This document shows, one piece after another, positions 24,669-33,494 of a stretch of DNA of 33,494 nucleotides. Numbering within the stretch: position 1 is the first letter of the stretch; the number at the start of each line of letters is the position of its first letter. Source of the DNA: a virus (taxonomy: Duplodnaviria > Caudoviricetes); IMG/VR virus record IMGVR_UViG_3300025389_000060, positions 1 through 33,494 of that record, one strand, 5' to 3'. Position numbers and translations under genes: made by a program. Below the pieces are notes generated by a model. That model was not told the origin of the DNA. It searched no databases and saw nothing but the letters and a program-made list of their open reading frames with translations.

Positions 24669-25343
24669 TCAAGCACCGTAGGCTGTAACCGTGATGCTGG
24701 TTATCGTACAGGTCTGACCTGTAGCAATGTTGGTGTTAGTAAGAATCATGTCAGCACCAGATGTCCCGCAAGTGCCCTGCACCACAGAGTTGTTGGTTGT
24801 TGCTGTAGCGGGATAGATGCGGAAGTAACCAGCAGTGCCTGTACCGGCAGCGGTAGCATTGGCAATGGCATTAGCGTACAAAATACCGTAGTCAGCCGTG
24901 ACAGTAAGACCTGTAGGTGTACCAGCAGTGGTAGTCACACCTGAGCCGCCTTGCACTGTAGACAGCGTAGCGGTAGTTGTGCCGTTGGTGGCAACGATAA
25001 AGTAGGTTGTACCGCTGACATAGCCAGAAATACTGCCTGTGCCGCCGAATGTACCGCTGATGGTGATACCCATGCCTGTGGTGAGTGTGGCAGCGCCACC
25101 AGGAAGGGTGAAGGAAATCTGACCAGCAGTGCCTGTGATGACAAAGCTGGACATGGCTACAGAAGCGTAGCCGAATGACGTTGCGTTACCTGTGAAGGTG
25201 ACAAGCAGAGTACCTGTATCAGATGCGCCGCAGTTTGAGGGTACTGAGCCTGTGAACAACTTAATGTTGCAACTTGTCCCAATGTCGCTATTCAACTGCG
25301 ACATCGCATTTGTTCTGTGAACAATGGAATACTGAATAGCCAT
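24669..25343 (-). CDS. Tail-associated structural protein
   Basis: MAIQYS...GTLLVT...GTGTAGYFRI...QGTCGTSGADM; T/G-rich beta protein. Confidence 0.65.
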   Translation of the reverse strand: MAIQYSIVHRTNAMSQLNSDIGTSCNIKLFTGSVPSNCGASDTGTLLVTFTGNATSFGYASVAMSSFVITGTAGQISFTLPGGAATLTTGMGITISGTFGGTGSISGYVSGTTYFIVATNGTTTATLSTVQGGSGVTTTAGTPTGLTVTADYGILYANAIANATAAGTGTAGYFRIYPATATTNNSVVQGTCGTSGADMILTNTNIATGQTCTITSITVTAYGA

Positions 25344-25356
25344 CGGGTGCTCCTAA

Positions 25357-25545
25357 TTAGGCGGTAGGTTCAGCAGGAGTGTCAGTAGCAGGAGCAGCTT
25401 CTGTAGGTTGCTGCAAAGCCTGAATTTGTGGCACTGCTTGCTTTTCCAGCTTGGTGAGCAGGTCGTGTACCAACTTGTGTGGCAGCTCACGAAGTGCGCT
25501 AGCAATCAAGTTGACTTCTTCAATCGTGTGATTAAGGTTAATCAT
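25357..25545 (-). CDS. Small hypothetical protein
   Basis: GAGGA RBS; EEVNLIASALRELP...QAVPQ; follows the tail fibre genes. Confidence 0.7.
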   Translation of the reverse strand: MINLNHTIEEVNLIASALRELPHKLVHDLLTKLEKQAVPQIQALQQPTEAAPATDTPAEPTA

Positions 25546-25588
25546 GTTTATCCTCGGTGATACCCGATATTGGGCATCATGATTGTAC

Positions 25589-25927
25589 TTAAGCAGTTAC
25601 CCAAGGCAAGGCTTCAGTCACGGGGCTGACAGGGGGATTAGCCAAGCTGTTCAATTGACCCTGCACATTCGCCTCAAAGTTGGCGATGCCTTGTGCGCCC
25701 AGAGACTCTTGCACCCAGCCAATGACTTGTTGAGGTTGCAATTGTGCGTAAGGTGTAAAACCAGCTTCAGCGTCAGTAACGGGGTATTGGGTGTTGTCCC
25801 CAATAGATGCGGTGTGAGTGCCATCAGTGCCGGTAAGCAGCCAGTTGACGTTCACAACGTAGCCAGCGTTTGTGCCGCTAGGCCATTGTTGCATGGAGGT
25901 GATTGACCAAGTATATGAGGTTGACAT
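25589..25927 (-). CDS. Tail fibre-associated (assembly-type) protein
   Basis: YTWSI...FTPYAQL...VIGWV...LPW pattern directly after the fibre gene. Confidence 0.7.
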   Translation of the reverse strand: MSTSYTWSITSMQQWPSGTNAGYVVNVNWLLTGTDGTHTASIGDNTQYPVTDAEAGFTPYAQLQPQQVIGWVQESLGAQGIANFEANVQGQLNSLANPPVSPVTEALPWVTA

Positions 25928-25945
25928 GAGATTTCCTTTCGGGGG

Positions 25946-27550
25946 TTAGGGATGGGATGCTTTGTATGCGTCAAACTCTGCTTTGAGTTCTTGGATTGCG
26001 GCGGTCAGTAACGGGATAAGTTCCGTATATCGAACCATATAGTATTTATTTTTATCTTCCAAATCCATGAAGTTTTCGGATTCGTCAACTGCTTCAGGGA
26101 CGATTGGCAAAATACTTTGAGCGGAAATACCAACTTGTGGTTTGTTTTCAGAATCACGTTTCCACGAAAAACGAATTGGCTCTAATTGCATAATGCCATT
26201 AAGAGCATTTTCAATTTTGCCAGTTATATTTTTTAATCGTACATCTGAGTAAGATGACCAAGATTGCGCGCTTTCAGAGGCCAATGCTACGCCAGCACCA
26301 GTATTGCTTTGAATAACAAATGAACTTCCATTGTTAGACCATGACCCAAGGGCGTAGTATTTACCTGAAGCGTTCCCAGAATATCTCAAATTTAATTGAA
26401 CTGTATTGGTTCCAGTAACAACAGAAACACCTGAATTTATTGCACTCGTAGTCCCCACCAAGAAGTTACCCGAGCCATCAAAGATACCCCGTGGATTCCC
26501 ATCCCCATCAGACAGAACAATGTAGTTGGAGGATGTGCGGATGTCTAGGCCACCTTGGTTGCCGTTGTAGCCGCCAAGGATAGTGCATTTAACAGCGGTA
26601 GTTGTGGCGTAACCCGCTTGATATCCAACAAAAGTGTTGTATGTATAGGAGGAAGTATTGTTTTGCGTGTAACCAGCTTGATAACCAATAAAAGTGTTGG
26701 CTCCAAATGTAGTTTGGCTATAACCAGCTTGATACCCTACAGCAGTGTTGTTATTGGATGTGGTGTTGGAATAGAGGGCTTGTCCGCCTATTGCAGTATT
26801 TGAACCACCTGTAGTATTTCCATTCATTACTCCTTGACCCAAAGCGGTATTATTACTTCCAGTTGTGTTTTGACCCAAAACTCCTGAGCCAACAGCAGTA
26901 TTTGAACTTCCGCTAGTATTTGCGCCTAAAGCATAAACATAACCATTAAATCCACCTAAAGCAGTATTTTGATTTCCTGTTGTATTTGAACTTAAAGCGT
27001 TAGCACCAAAAGCCATATTGCTATATACAGAACCTGCGCCCAGACCCACAGTCAGCCCGTGGATAGAGGCGTCAGATGTGCTTGTAAGCGTGGTGAACTT
27101 GCCTGTGCTTGGCGTCGTGCCACCAATAGCAGGGGGAGAAGCTAAGTAAGTGCTAAACCCTGTGCCAGATACGGTTCCTGAAGAAGACAGGTTGGTAAAG
27201 CTACCAGCAGCAGCGGTAGTTCCCCCAATTGCTGGAGGGCTTGCAAGATACGTGGAAAAACCCGTTCCTGACACCGTGCTGGATGCTGATAACGTCGTAA
27301 ACGCACCTGTACTAGCAGTGGTAGCGCCTACAGTCGTTCCGTCAATCGTTCCACCAGTGATGACTGCATTGCTTGTAGTGACGTTACCCGTGAAGGTAGA
27401 GCCTGTTAGGGTTAACCCTGTGACAGTTGTGGTGGTGTTACCCAGATACAGGTTAGTGCCACCCAGCGTGATAGCGGTAGCAAAATTAGAGTCCAGTTGC
27501 GACAGCGGGATAGAGCTTGTCGCGGTAGCAAAGGTATACGGTACAGACAT
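25946..27550 (-). CDS. Tail fibre/receptor-binding protein with C-terminal S74 intramolecular chaperone
   Basis: NTTG.NNTA.G repeats (trimeric beta-roll-like); SDVRLKNI...GISAQ...PEAV...VRYTELIPLLTAAIQEL. Confidence 0.88.
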   Translation of the reverse strand: MSVPYTFATATSSIPLSQLDSNFATAITLGGTNLYLGNTTTTVTGLTLTGSTFTGNVTTSNAVITGGTIDGTTVGATTASTGAFTTLSASSTVSGTGFSTYLASPPAIGGTTAAAGSFTNLSSSGTVSGTGFSTYLASPPAIGGTTPSTGKFTTLTSTSDASIHGLTVGLGAGSVYSNMAFGANALSSNTTGNQNTALGGFNGYVYALGANTSGSSNTAVGSGVLGQNTTGSNNTALGQGVMNGNTTGGSNTAIGGQALYSNTTSNNNTAVGYQAGYSQTTFGANTFIGYQAGYTQNNTSSYTYNTFVGYQAGYATTTAVKCTILGGYNGNQGGLDIRTSSNYIVLSDGDGNPRGIFDGSGNFLVGTTSAINSGVSVVTGTNTVQLNLRYSGNASGKYYALGSWSNNGSSFVIQSNTGAGVALASESAQSWSSYSDVRLKNITGKIENALNGIMQLEPIRFSWKRDSENKPQVGISAQSILPIVPEAVDESENFMDLEDKNKYYMVRYTELIPLLTAAIQELKAEFDAYKASHP

Positions 27551-27551
27551 C

Positions 27552-29960
27552 TTAGAACCTCACTCTTAATTCATGTTCAAACTCAAACGTGTTCACTGTG
27601 AACGGTGACGAGTTTGCAGTCAATGTTAAACCCAAGTATTTGCCATACTGTTGTGCGTCTGACTTGTACAGCGCATAACCAGCAGAGAAAGTCCACGCAA
27701 CTACCTGACTACTGTTGTTGACCCACGCAATCGTAGTTCCACTGTTGTTAGTCCAGTTATCGTAGTTGTTAAGTGTGTAAGTAGGACTACTGCCAGTCTC
27801 ACTGTCCACCGTTACCATCAGGCTAGTAGCGTTCGTAATAGTCGCTTCGATAGCAAACTTCAGTGCTTGCTTGGTACGAATGGCATCCTGCATAGGTTGC
27901 AACGCAGTTTGCACGTACATGGGCACATTTACAGACTGTGAGGCATACAACTGGTACAAGTTAGTGCCATCTGTGCCGTACAAGTTGATCTTGCCTTGAT
28001 ACGGGGCAGAAGTAACGAATGTCAGGCTACCCTGAGATGACAAAAACCATTTTTTTTCAAAAAACACTGCTTGTATAAAGCGAGATGAGCTTGAATAGCC
28101 CTGACCACCCGTGTACCAGAAGTTAAAAGCCGCACACAGCAGGTTGTTGATAATGACTTGCCCACCAGACACCTGGTAGTTCGTGAAGTCTATATACGGA
28201 AAGATGTTGTCCAGCGGATCTGAGATTTTTGACGTTGTAGACCCCACCAAAGAGTACACACCGTAGTTATTCATCAGCAAAACAGACCGGAAATACGGGA
28301 AAACAGCGTAAGAAAGCTGTGTACCAATACTTGCAGACACGTTTGTGTTCGTAAACACAGTTGTACCCGCGCTCGTTACCTGCAAGTTGGAAAACACGTT
28401 AATACTGTCTGGCCCAAAGATATACAAGAAGTTGTTGGCAGAAAGCAGACTGTTGATATTGCCCGTTAACGTCGAGTCAGTAAGCGTCAACGACCCCGCA
28501 GAAACAGATGTGAAGTCTGAGAAGGACACAGAAGAGGAATACGTGACTGTACGACCCTGGGCAACCCAAACACGACCAGAAAATGAGGCCACATCTACTA
28601 TAGGATTGCTGTTTAGCACCACCACGCCGGTTGCGTTAGCTCCCTGACCTTGGGCAAAGCTAATAGTAGGGGGGGTTGTGTACCCCGTACCAGGGTTAGT
28701 CATGATGACTTGAGTAACTGCACCCCCCGACACGATGGCTGTAGCGGCAGCATTAGCCCCGTTACCCCCCGTAATCGTCACTGGGAAAGAACCGTTAGCC
28801 CCGTAACCCGCCCCACCACCCGTCACTGCAATCGCTACAGTGCCCGTCTTGAAGGTAGACAACTGGCAGATAGCAGTAGCAGCCGTGCCATTACTGGCTG
28901 TGATGATGGTAGAACTTACTGTCTGAGATACGCTGACCACCCAGCTAGATCCTGAGCCGCTGACAATTGTTGTGCCAGCAGTAACACCTGTGCCTGACAA
29001 GGTTGCACCCACCTGCATAGCCCCTGTAGATGTGCTGTTGATGGTCAGTGTTGTGCCAGAAATGCTGCAATTCCCTGTAAAAACAACAGGTTGCGCCATC
29101 GTGATAGTAGGTGGGGACGTATACCCACTGCCACCGTTGGTGATGGTAATTGTGTTGACCGTACCTGTGTTTAACACCGCAGTAGCGTTAGCACCAGACC
29201 CCACACCAGAGATTGTGATGGTGGGTGGAGAAAGGTAGCCTGAACCTGGGTTAGACAGCGTGATGGCTACAACAGCATTAGCTTGAATAGTGGCATACGC
29301 TACAGCCTGCACACCGCCTGAAACAGTAGGTGCAGAGATGGTGACAGACGGTACAGACGTGTATCCTGAGCCACCAGAGCTAAGCGTGATGTAAGAAATG
29401 CCACTAGCACCTGTCGTGATGGTGGATACAGCGGTTGCTTGCACACCACCCGTCTGATTAGGGGCGCTGATAGTGACTGTAGGGGCTGTAATGTAGCCAG
29501 CACCGGGGTTTGTGATGCCGATAACACCTACAGAGCCTATAGAGACTAAATTAGCCCCATCCCAAGAAAACAACCCGTTATTGGGGTCTCCTATGAGGGC
29601 ATACTGGTTGTTAAATTGAGTTGCAGTAACACCTGAGCTGCTAAACGTACCACTGGAAGCCACGTTACCCGTTGTGCCAGCAGGAGTGCAATACTGTGCA
29701 GCCCCGTTAGATTCGGCAGCAAAGATGTATTCTGTGTTGTTAATGTTAAACGAAGTGAGATAGCTAACTGTGTTGCTAAAAGCACCCGTCTTGATGGTCG
29801 TCTGACCTGGTACAACCCGCAAATTACCGTAGCCTACAGGCTGGACGTTCTCAATCCACGAAAACTCTTCTGTTTCGATAGCTGTACGGTTGGCCTTGGT
29901 GTTTAGACCTTTAAAGCTCTTAATGACAGCATAGGACTTTTTTTGTTCTGATGCTGCCAT
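27552..29960 (-). CDS. Tail nozzle/DNA-stabilisation protein (P22 gp10 / T7 gp12-like) with inserted repeats
   Basis: FKGLNT...WIENVQP N-terminus; beta-propeller-like segments (FSGRVWVAQG, FLYIFG); follows the adaptor gene. Confidence 0.7.
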   Translation of the reverse strand: MAASEQKKSYAVIKSFKGLNTKANRTAIETEEFSWIENVQPVGYGNLRVVPGQTTIKTGAFSNTVSYLTSFNINNTEYIFAAESNGAAQYCTPAGTTGNVASSGTFSSSGVTATQFNNQYALIGDPNNGLFSWDGANLVSIGSVGVIGITNPGAGYITAPTVTISAPNQTGGVQATAVSTITTGASGISYITLSSGGSGYTSVPSVTISAPTVSGGVQAVAYATIQANAVVAITLSNPGSGYLSPPTITISGVGSGANATAVLNTGTVNTITITNGGSGYTSPPTITMAQPVVFTGNCSISGTTLTINSTSTGAMQVGATLSGTGVTAGTTIVSGSGSSWVVSVSQTVSSTIITASNGTAATAICQLSTFKTGTVAIAVTGGGAGYGANGSFPVTITGGNGANAAATAIVSGGAVTQVIMTNPGTGYTTPPTISFAQGQGANATGVVVLNSNPIVDVASFSGRVWVAQGRTVTYSSSVSFSDFTSVSAGSLTLTDSTLTGNINSLLSANNFLYIFGPDSINVFSNLQVTSAGTTVFTNTNVSASIGTQLSYAVFPYFRSVLLMNNYGVYSLVGSTTSKISDPLDNIFPYIDFTNYQVSGGQVIINNLLCAAFNFWYTGGQGYSSSSRFIQAVFFEKKWFLSSQGSLTFVTSAPYQGKINLYGTDGTNLYQLYASQSVNVPMYVQTALQPMQDAIRTKQALKFAIEATITNATSLMVTVDSETGSSPTYTLNNYDNWTNNSGTTIAWVNNSSQVVAWTFSAGYALYKSDAQQYGKYLGLTLTANSSPFTVNTFEFEHELRVRF

Positions 29961-29962
29961 GT

Positions 29963-30850
29963 TTAGAAGTAAGAGTAAGCGTCAGGGATACGTCGCGTGA
30001 ATACAGAGTTCAACACAGCTTGGATGTGCTTGATGTACTCTTGCTTGTAAATCTCGGCCTCCCCGTAGCTTTGCTCCTTGTATTTTGCCTTGTATGCGGC
30101 ATAGAACACTACAGGAGTTGTGTACGGGTCGTTTATAGGGTCTACAGCACTCGGATTAGACAAAGTGAGGGGTGTAGGCAGCAAAGTGGTGTCCACTTCG
30201 ATGTAATAAGCCTGATCCGGCACAGGAGAGATGTAAAGCGTTTGCTGACCGTATGTTGAGAAGCAAACAGGGCGTCCAACATAGTTTTGCCAGTAACGGA
30301 GCTGTGCGTTGAACTCAGTCCAGTTCAAATTGCGTAGTGGGATGCGTGAATTGCCCCAATACAGCGTCACATTCAGAACATCGAGCGTTTGTGTGCCCGA
30401 GGGGAGACTTGCGTACTGAATTTGCTCAGCAGGCTGAACATACTTAAGGGTAGCAGTACCGTCTGCAAAAGCAGTTGCTGGGGGAAACACGTTGTTTTGA
30501 GTTGGGTAAGCTGGCGCTGTAGAGCCAGATGTTCCCGACGTTTGGTACTGATAGATAAATACATTGTTGAATACGTATTGACCCGCAGTAACAGCCGTGT
30601 TTGCGACCCAGGCGGTTGCAGGAGTTTGGTTGGTAGAGTTGCCTGCGTACGGATTGTAGGCGGCGATAGGCGTAGAGAGTGGTTGACCCACACCTGCGCC
30701 TTGGAGTGTTCTTAGACAGCCAGTGTCACGACATACACGCTGACGAGCGTCGTTAATGTCGTTTGTTAACTCTTGTTGAGTCCAAAAGTTATTGTTCTGA
30801 TCGTGCAGGATTGTCTGCAAGTCAGTAAGGTAGGACGACAGAGTTGCCAT
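29963..30850 (-). CDS. Head-tail adaptor (tail tubular A-like) with inserted CBM-like module
   Basis: LHD...FWTQQELTNDINDARQRV, GRP...LYISPVPD, VFYAAYKAK motifs; insert WVANTAVTAGQYV...GTSGSTAP. Confidence 0.72.
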   Translation of the reverse strand: MATLSSYLTDLQTILHDQNNNFWTQQELTNDINDARQRVCRDTGCLRTLQGAGVGQPLSTPIAAYNPYAGNSTNQTPATAWVANTAVTAGQYVFNNVFIYQYQTSGTSGSTAPAYPTQNNVFPPATAFADGTATLKYVQPAEQIQYASLPSGTQTLDVLNVTLYWGNSRIPLRNLNWTEFNAQLRYWQNYVGRPVCFSTYGQQTLYISPVPDQAYYIEVDTTLLPTPLTLSNPSAVDPINDPYTTPVVFYAAYKAKYKEQSYGEAEIYKQEYIKHIQAVLNSVFTRRIPDAYSYF

Positions 30851-30862
30851 GTATTACTCATT

Positions 30863-31207
30863 TTATGCTGCACGACGAGAGACTTTTCCCCCGCTCCGGC
30901 CTTCACCGGATTGGGGTACTAACTCTACCACCGAGGGTAACGAGTGGTTCTGCTTGGGAAGCTCAGACGCAACTTCAAATTGCGCGAGCATCTCCAGTCC
31001 TTTTTTGAGTTCTGCCCGAGACTGAATCCAACCTAGACGAGCTAGCTTTTCTTCTTTCTCTTTGTCTGTCATGCCGACACCAAAAATATGACGAGCAATC
31101 TCGAACGGCAACTCTACAGTTGTGTCCTTTTTAAACTCGTACATGACACCGTTCCAACCATCGGTTAGTTCAATGTCGCTTTTATTGGTGACGTAGACAT
31201 TAGGCAT
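30863..31207 (-). CDS. Hypothetical head-region protein
   Basis: 114 aa; coupled to the upstream gene. Confidence 0.7.
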   Translation of the reverse strand: MPNVYVTNKSDIELTDGWNGVMYEFKKDTTVELPFEIARHIFGVGMTDKEKEEKLARLGWIQSRAELKKGLEMLAQFEVASELPKQNHSLPSVVELVPQSGEGRSGGKVSRRAA

Positions 31208-31665
31208 TAAAAGCTCACTGTATCGCCGTAAACACGAATGTCAACAGTTGCGTTAGCAACGGCAGTGTTGACCTTCACGAAAAGGGCTTGTGTAATGTTG
31301 CCCGTTAAGGCGGTGGTTGTGCTGTAAGGAGACGCGATTGTCAAATCTTGGTAAGTACCCGTTGCAGTGAGGTTGGACAGCACGGTAGCTGCCACAACTG
31401 CATTGCTTGCGTTACCGTCAGAAGAGGTCAAAATAGACACGTTTGCAGTGCCTACGTTGCCGCTAGGATTCTGAACAGTAACACGACGGATAATCACGCC
31501 ACCCGAGCTGACAGCATTACCAGAATTGGTAAGGCCACCAGACAGGATAGGCAAAGCGACAACGGCATTTCCAGTAGAGCCAACAGGAACGCTGCTTGCC
31601 GTAGCAATAGCGTAATTACCAAAACTGTTTGGGTAATTCTGTGCGACTGAATCTGGATTAGCCAT
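31207..31665 (-). CDS. Putative capsid decoration/minor structural protein
   Basis: AAGGAG RBS; beta-rich, A/S/T/V/N-rich; ends VDIRVYGD. Confidence 0.6.
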   Translation of the reverse strand: MANPDSVAQNYPNSFGNYAIATASSVPVGSTGNAVVALPILSGGLTNSGNAVSSGGVIIRRVTVQNPSGNVGTANVSILTSSDGNASNAVVAATVLSNLTATGTYQDLTIASPYSTTTALTGNITQALFVKVNTAVANATVDIRVYGDTVSF

Positions 31666-31675
31666 TTAGCTCTCC

Positions 31676-32020
31676 TTAAGAGTTGTAAGTACCGCTAGCG
31701 GCTTGACCACCATTGACGGTAGCCAGAGTCATCGTAGTAGCGGTAGCAACGGTCACGTTAGCTCGGACGTTCACGCCATCAGAGATGATGACGCCACCAG
31801 TGTTGTTAGCCAACAGAGTAGACCAAGTAGCAGTGCTGTTGCTTGAGTTATAAGCAGACACAGCTTCGATGGTCACGTTGCCAGTGGGGAACGCCAGGTA
31901 AGTACCGGCGGGAATCAGGACGGTTGCGTTGTTGGCGGTAACGCTAGTCAACTGCCAATACGCACCAGGCGTGTTGGTAGAGGCGTTAGCCAGAACGATT
32001 TTATTTAAACCAAGTGCCAT
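31676..32020 (-). CDS. Putative capsid decoration/minor structural protein
   Basis: AAGGAG RBS; directly after the major capsid gene; ISDGVNVR. Confidence 0.6.
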   Translation of the reverse strand: MALGLNKIVLANASTNTPGAYWQLTSVTANNATVLIPAGTYLAFPTGNVTIEAVSAYNSSNSTATWSTLLANNTGGVIISDGVNVRANVTVATATTMTLATVNGGQAASGTYNS

Positions 32021-32032
32021 GACTATTACTCC

Positions 32033-33043
32033 TTACAGTGAGAGAGAGTTGTAGTTGTACACACGAGACATCGACTTGGGCTTGGTGCTAATCAACTCAG
32101 CAATCATAAGCACAGCGCCGACGTAACCAATCTGCCAGTTGGGAAGAGTGGACTCGAAACCAGTGAACACAAACGAACCTTGCTCGTGGATGTACAAGCT
32201 CAGGTAATTGGTGTTAATGAAGTACACAGTACCTTCGGGGCAATATGGATCGGGGTAGATTGGCACACCAGCAACCATCAAAGCGCGGAAAGCGGCTTGA
32301 GGGCCATTGCCATCACCGTCGAAACCAGAACCGGGGGTGATAACGTACTGCTCTTGGCCCACAAAGTCTTGTGCCAACAGAGTCCAAGTACCAAAACCGC
32401 AAACGCCGAATGAAGGCATTTCAGCACCCTTCTTAACAGTACCAGAGATGTACTGCAAGATGTTTTGACGGGTGGGGTTCACGTTACCAGCGTTATACAC
32501 CTTCGACTGCCACCAAGTGTAGGTGGAGCGGTTAATGTTACCGTAGGTTTGCAAATTAGTACCGTCGTCAATAGCACCAGGCAAACCAATAAATTGTTGT
32601 TGGTTGGTGGTGTTGTTGTACAAAGCGGTAGCCATAGCGTCCATCATCACGTTGGTAGCATCGTTCATACGAGCTTCGATCAACGGAATAATGGCAGCGT
32701 CTTGCTGTGCGACACCTTCCATGCCCAGGAAAGGCACGGGAGAAATCATCAACTTCAAGTTGAACTCGGCGTTAAACGCACCTTGTTGGACTGAAGGCTG
32801 GTTGAAAGAACCAGAATAGTCAGACCACTGGGCGTTCACAAACTGTGCGCCTTGCACGGGAACCGTGACAGAGGACACACCGCCGGATGCTTGTTGGCTG
32901 TTAGCGATAAGCGCAGCCATCAGCGGGGTTGAGTTATAAAGCTGGACGACCAGCTTTGGGATAAAGGCCCGGCGCGTTACGTACGTTAATTCCGTATATT
33001 GCGACGAACCTGTTGCCGGGAGAATCCCGCCACCAATAGCCAT
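32033..33043 (-). CDS. Major capsid protein (HK97 fold)
   Basis: 336 aa; AGGAG RBS; FIGLPGAIDDG, YGNINRSTYTWWQS and GVPIYPDPYCPEGTVYFINTNYL motifs; position after the scaffold gene. Confidence 0.88.
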   Translation of the reverse strand: MAIGGGILPATGSSQYTELTYVTRRAFIPKLVVQLYNSTPLMAALIANSQQASGGVSSVTVPVQGAQFVNAQWSDYSGSFNQPSVQQGAFNAEFNLKLMISPVPFLGMEGVAQQDAAIIPLIEARMNDATNVMMDAMATALYNNTTNQQQFIGLPGAIDDGTNLQTYGNINRSTYTWWQSKVYNAGNVNPTRQNILQYISGTVKKGAEMPSFGVCGFGTWTLLAQDFVGQEQYVITPGSGFDGDGNGPQAAFRALMVAGVPIYPDPYCPEGTVYFINTNYLSLYIHEQGSFVFTGFESTLPNWQIGYVGAVLMIAELISTKPKSMSRVYNYNSLSL

Positions 33044-33054
33044 AGCAAACTCCT

Positions 33055-33090
33055 AAAAAATAAAAAAATAGCATCCCAACTAAGAGATGC
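33055..33090 (-). terminator. Hairpin plus U-rich tract between scaffold and capsid genes
   Basis: Minus strand reads GCATCTC-ttagtt-GGGATGC-TATTTTTTTATTTTTT. Confidence 0.45.
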
Positions 33091-33101
33091 CGCCTACCCT
33101 C

Positions 33102-33494
33102 TTACAACCCAATAGGCCGCGTAGGTTTACGCAGGTCATTGAGTGCATTAAACGCTTCGTTACGAGCTGCCGCCTGCGGATTCTTCCAATATGCGCTCAA
33201 GTTGAAGTTCTTGACTGCACTTGGGTTGTAACCCGTAGATGTTGGAACGGCTGCTTGCTTCATCCACGCATGATACTGTGCTGCTGTCTCATGATCGGAG
33301 ATTTTCTTCTCCAGCATGATCTTTTCTACGTCTGCGATGTCGTCTTCAGTTGCCAAACCTTTTTTAACAAGGCTTTGACGACGACGCTCTAACTCCTCCA
33401 TAGCATCACGCTCACGCAACTTAGCTTGAAGCTGTGCGTTTTCGCTTCTGATCTGGTCAATGGCAGAATTGGTCTTGTCCTCGATCTCCAATTC
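33102..33494 (-). CDS. Putative scaffolding protein (5' end outside the window)
   Basis: Charged coiled-coil ORF directly upstream of the capsid gene, open to the window edge. Confidence 0.6.
   Translation of the reverse strand, partial: ELEIEDKTNSAIDQIRSENAQLQAKLRERDAMEELERRRQSLVKKGLATEDDIADVEKIMLEKKISDHETAAQYHAWMKQAAVPTSTGYNPSAVKNFNLSAYWKNPQAAARNEAFNALNDLRKPTRPIGL

Noticed and set aside
25946-27550. Diversity-generating retroelement acting on the tail fibre
   Set aside because: No reverse transcriptase and no adenine-variant template repeat seen; the internal duplication differs at synonymous positions.

Overview
Almost the whole genome of a small (probably about 34-35 kb) tailed dsDNA phage with podovirus-like architecture. 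The spanins indicate a Gram-negative host. The window is circularly permuted: it starts inside the portal gene and ends inside the putative scaffolding gene. The minus strand carries one late arm: small genes, terL, portal, [missing part], scaffold, capsid, adaptor, tail/nozzle, S74 tail fibre, ejection-type proteins and an extended lysis cassette with a GH19 endolysin and Rz/Rz1. The plus strand (5.5-13.6 kb) carries many tiny early genes, a repeat-rich origin-like region with DnaA boxes, YqaJ, RecT-like, SSB and resolvase genes, and a GT2-like glycosyltransferase. I recognise no integrase, repressor, DNA polymerase, helicase or primase. Most notable observations: (1) a 755-aa virion-region protein with about 13 TonB-box-like motifs on flexible linkers; (2) a three-way-junction RNA at 12802-12862 whose unpaired GAGUUAGGA is complementary to a (T)CCTAACTT motif at six early/middle translation starts; (3) a 45-aa peptide ending in an SSB-like DDLPF tail next to the origin; (4) an 82-bp tandem duplication that frameshifts ssb, probably an assembly artefact. 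All product calls come from motifs and gene order read by eye, with no database searches.
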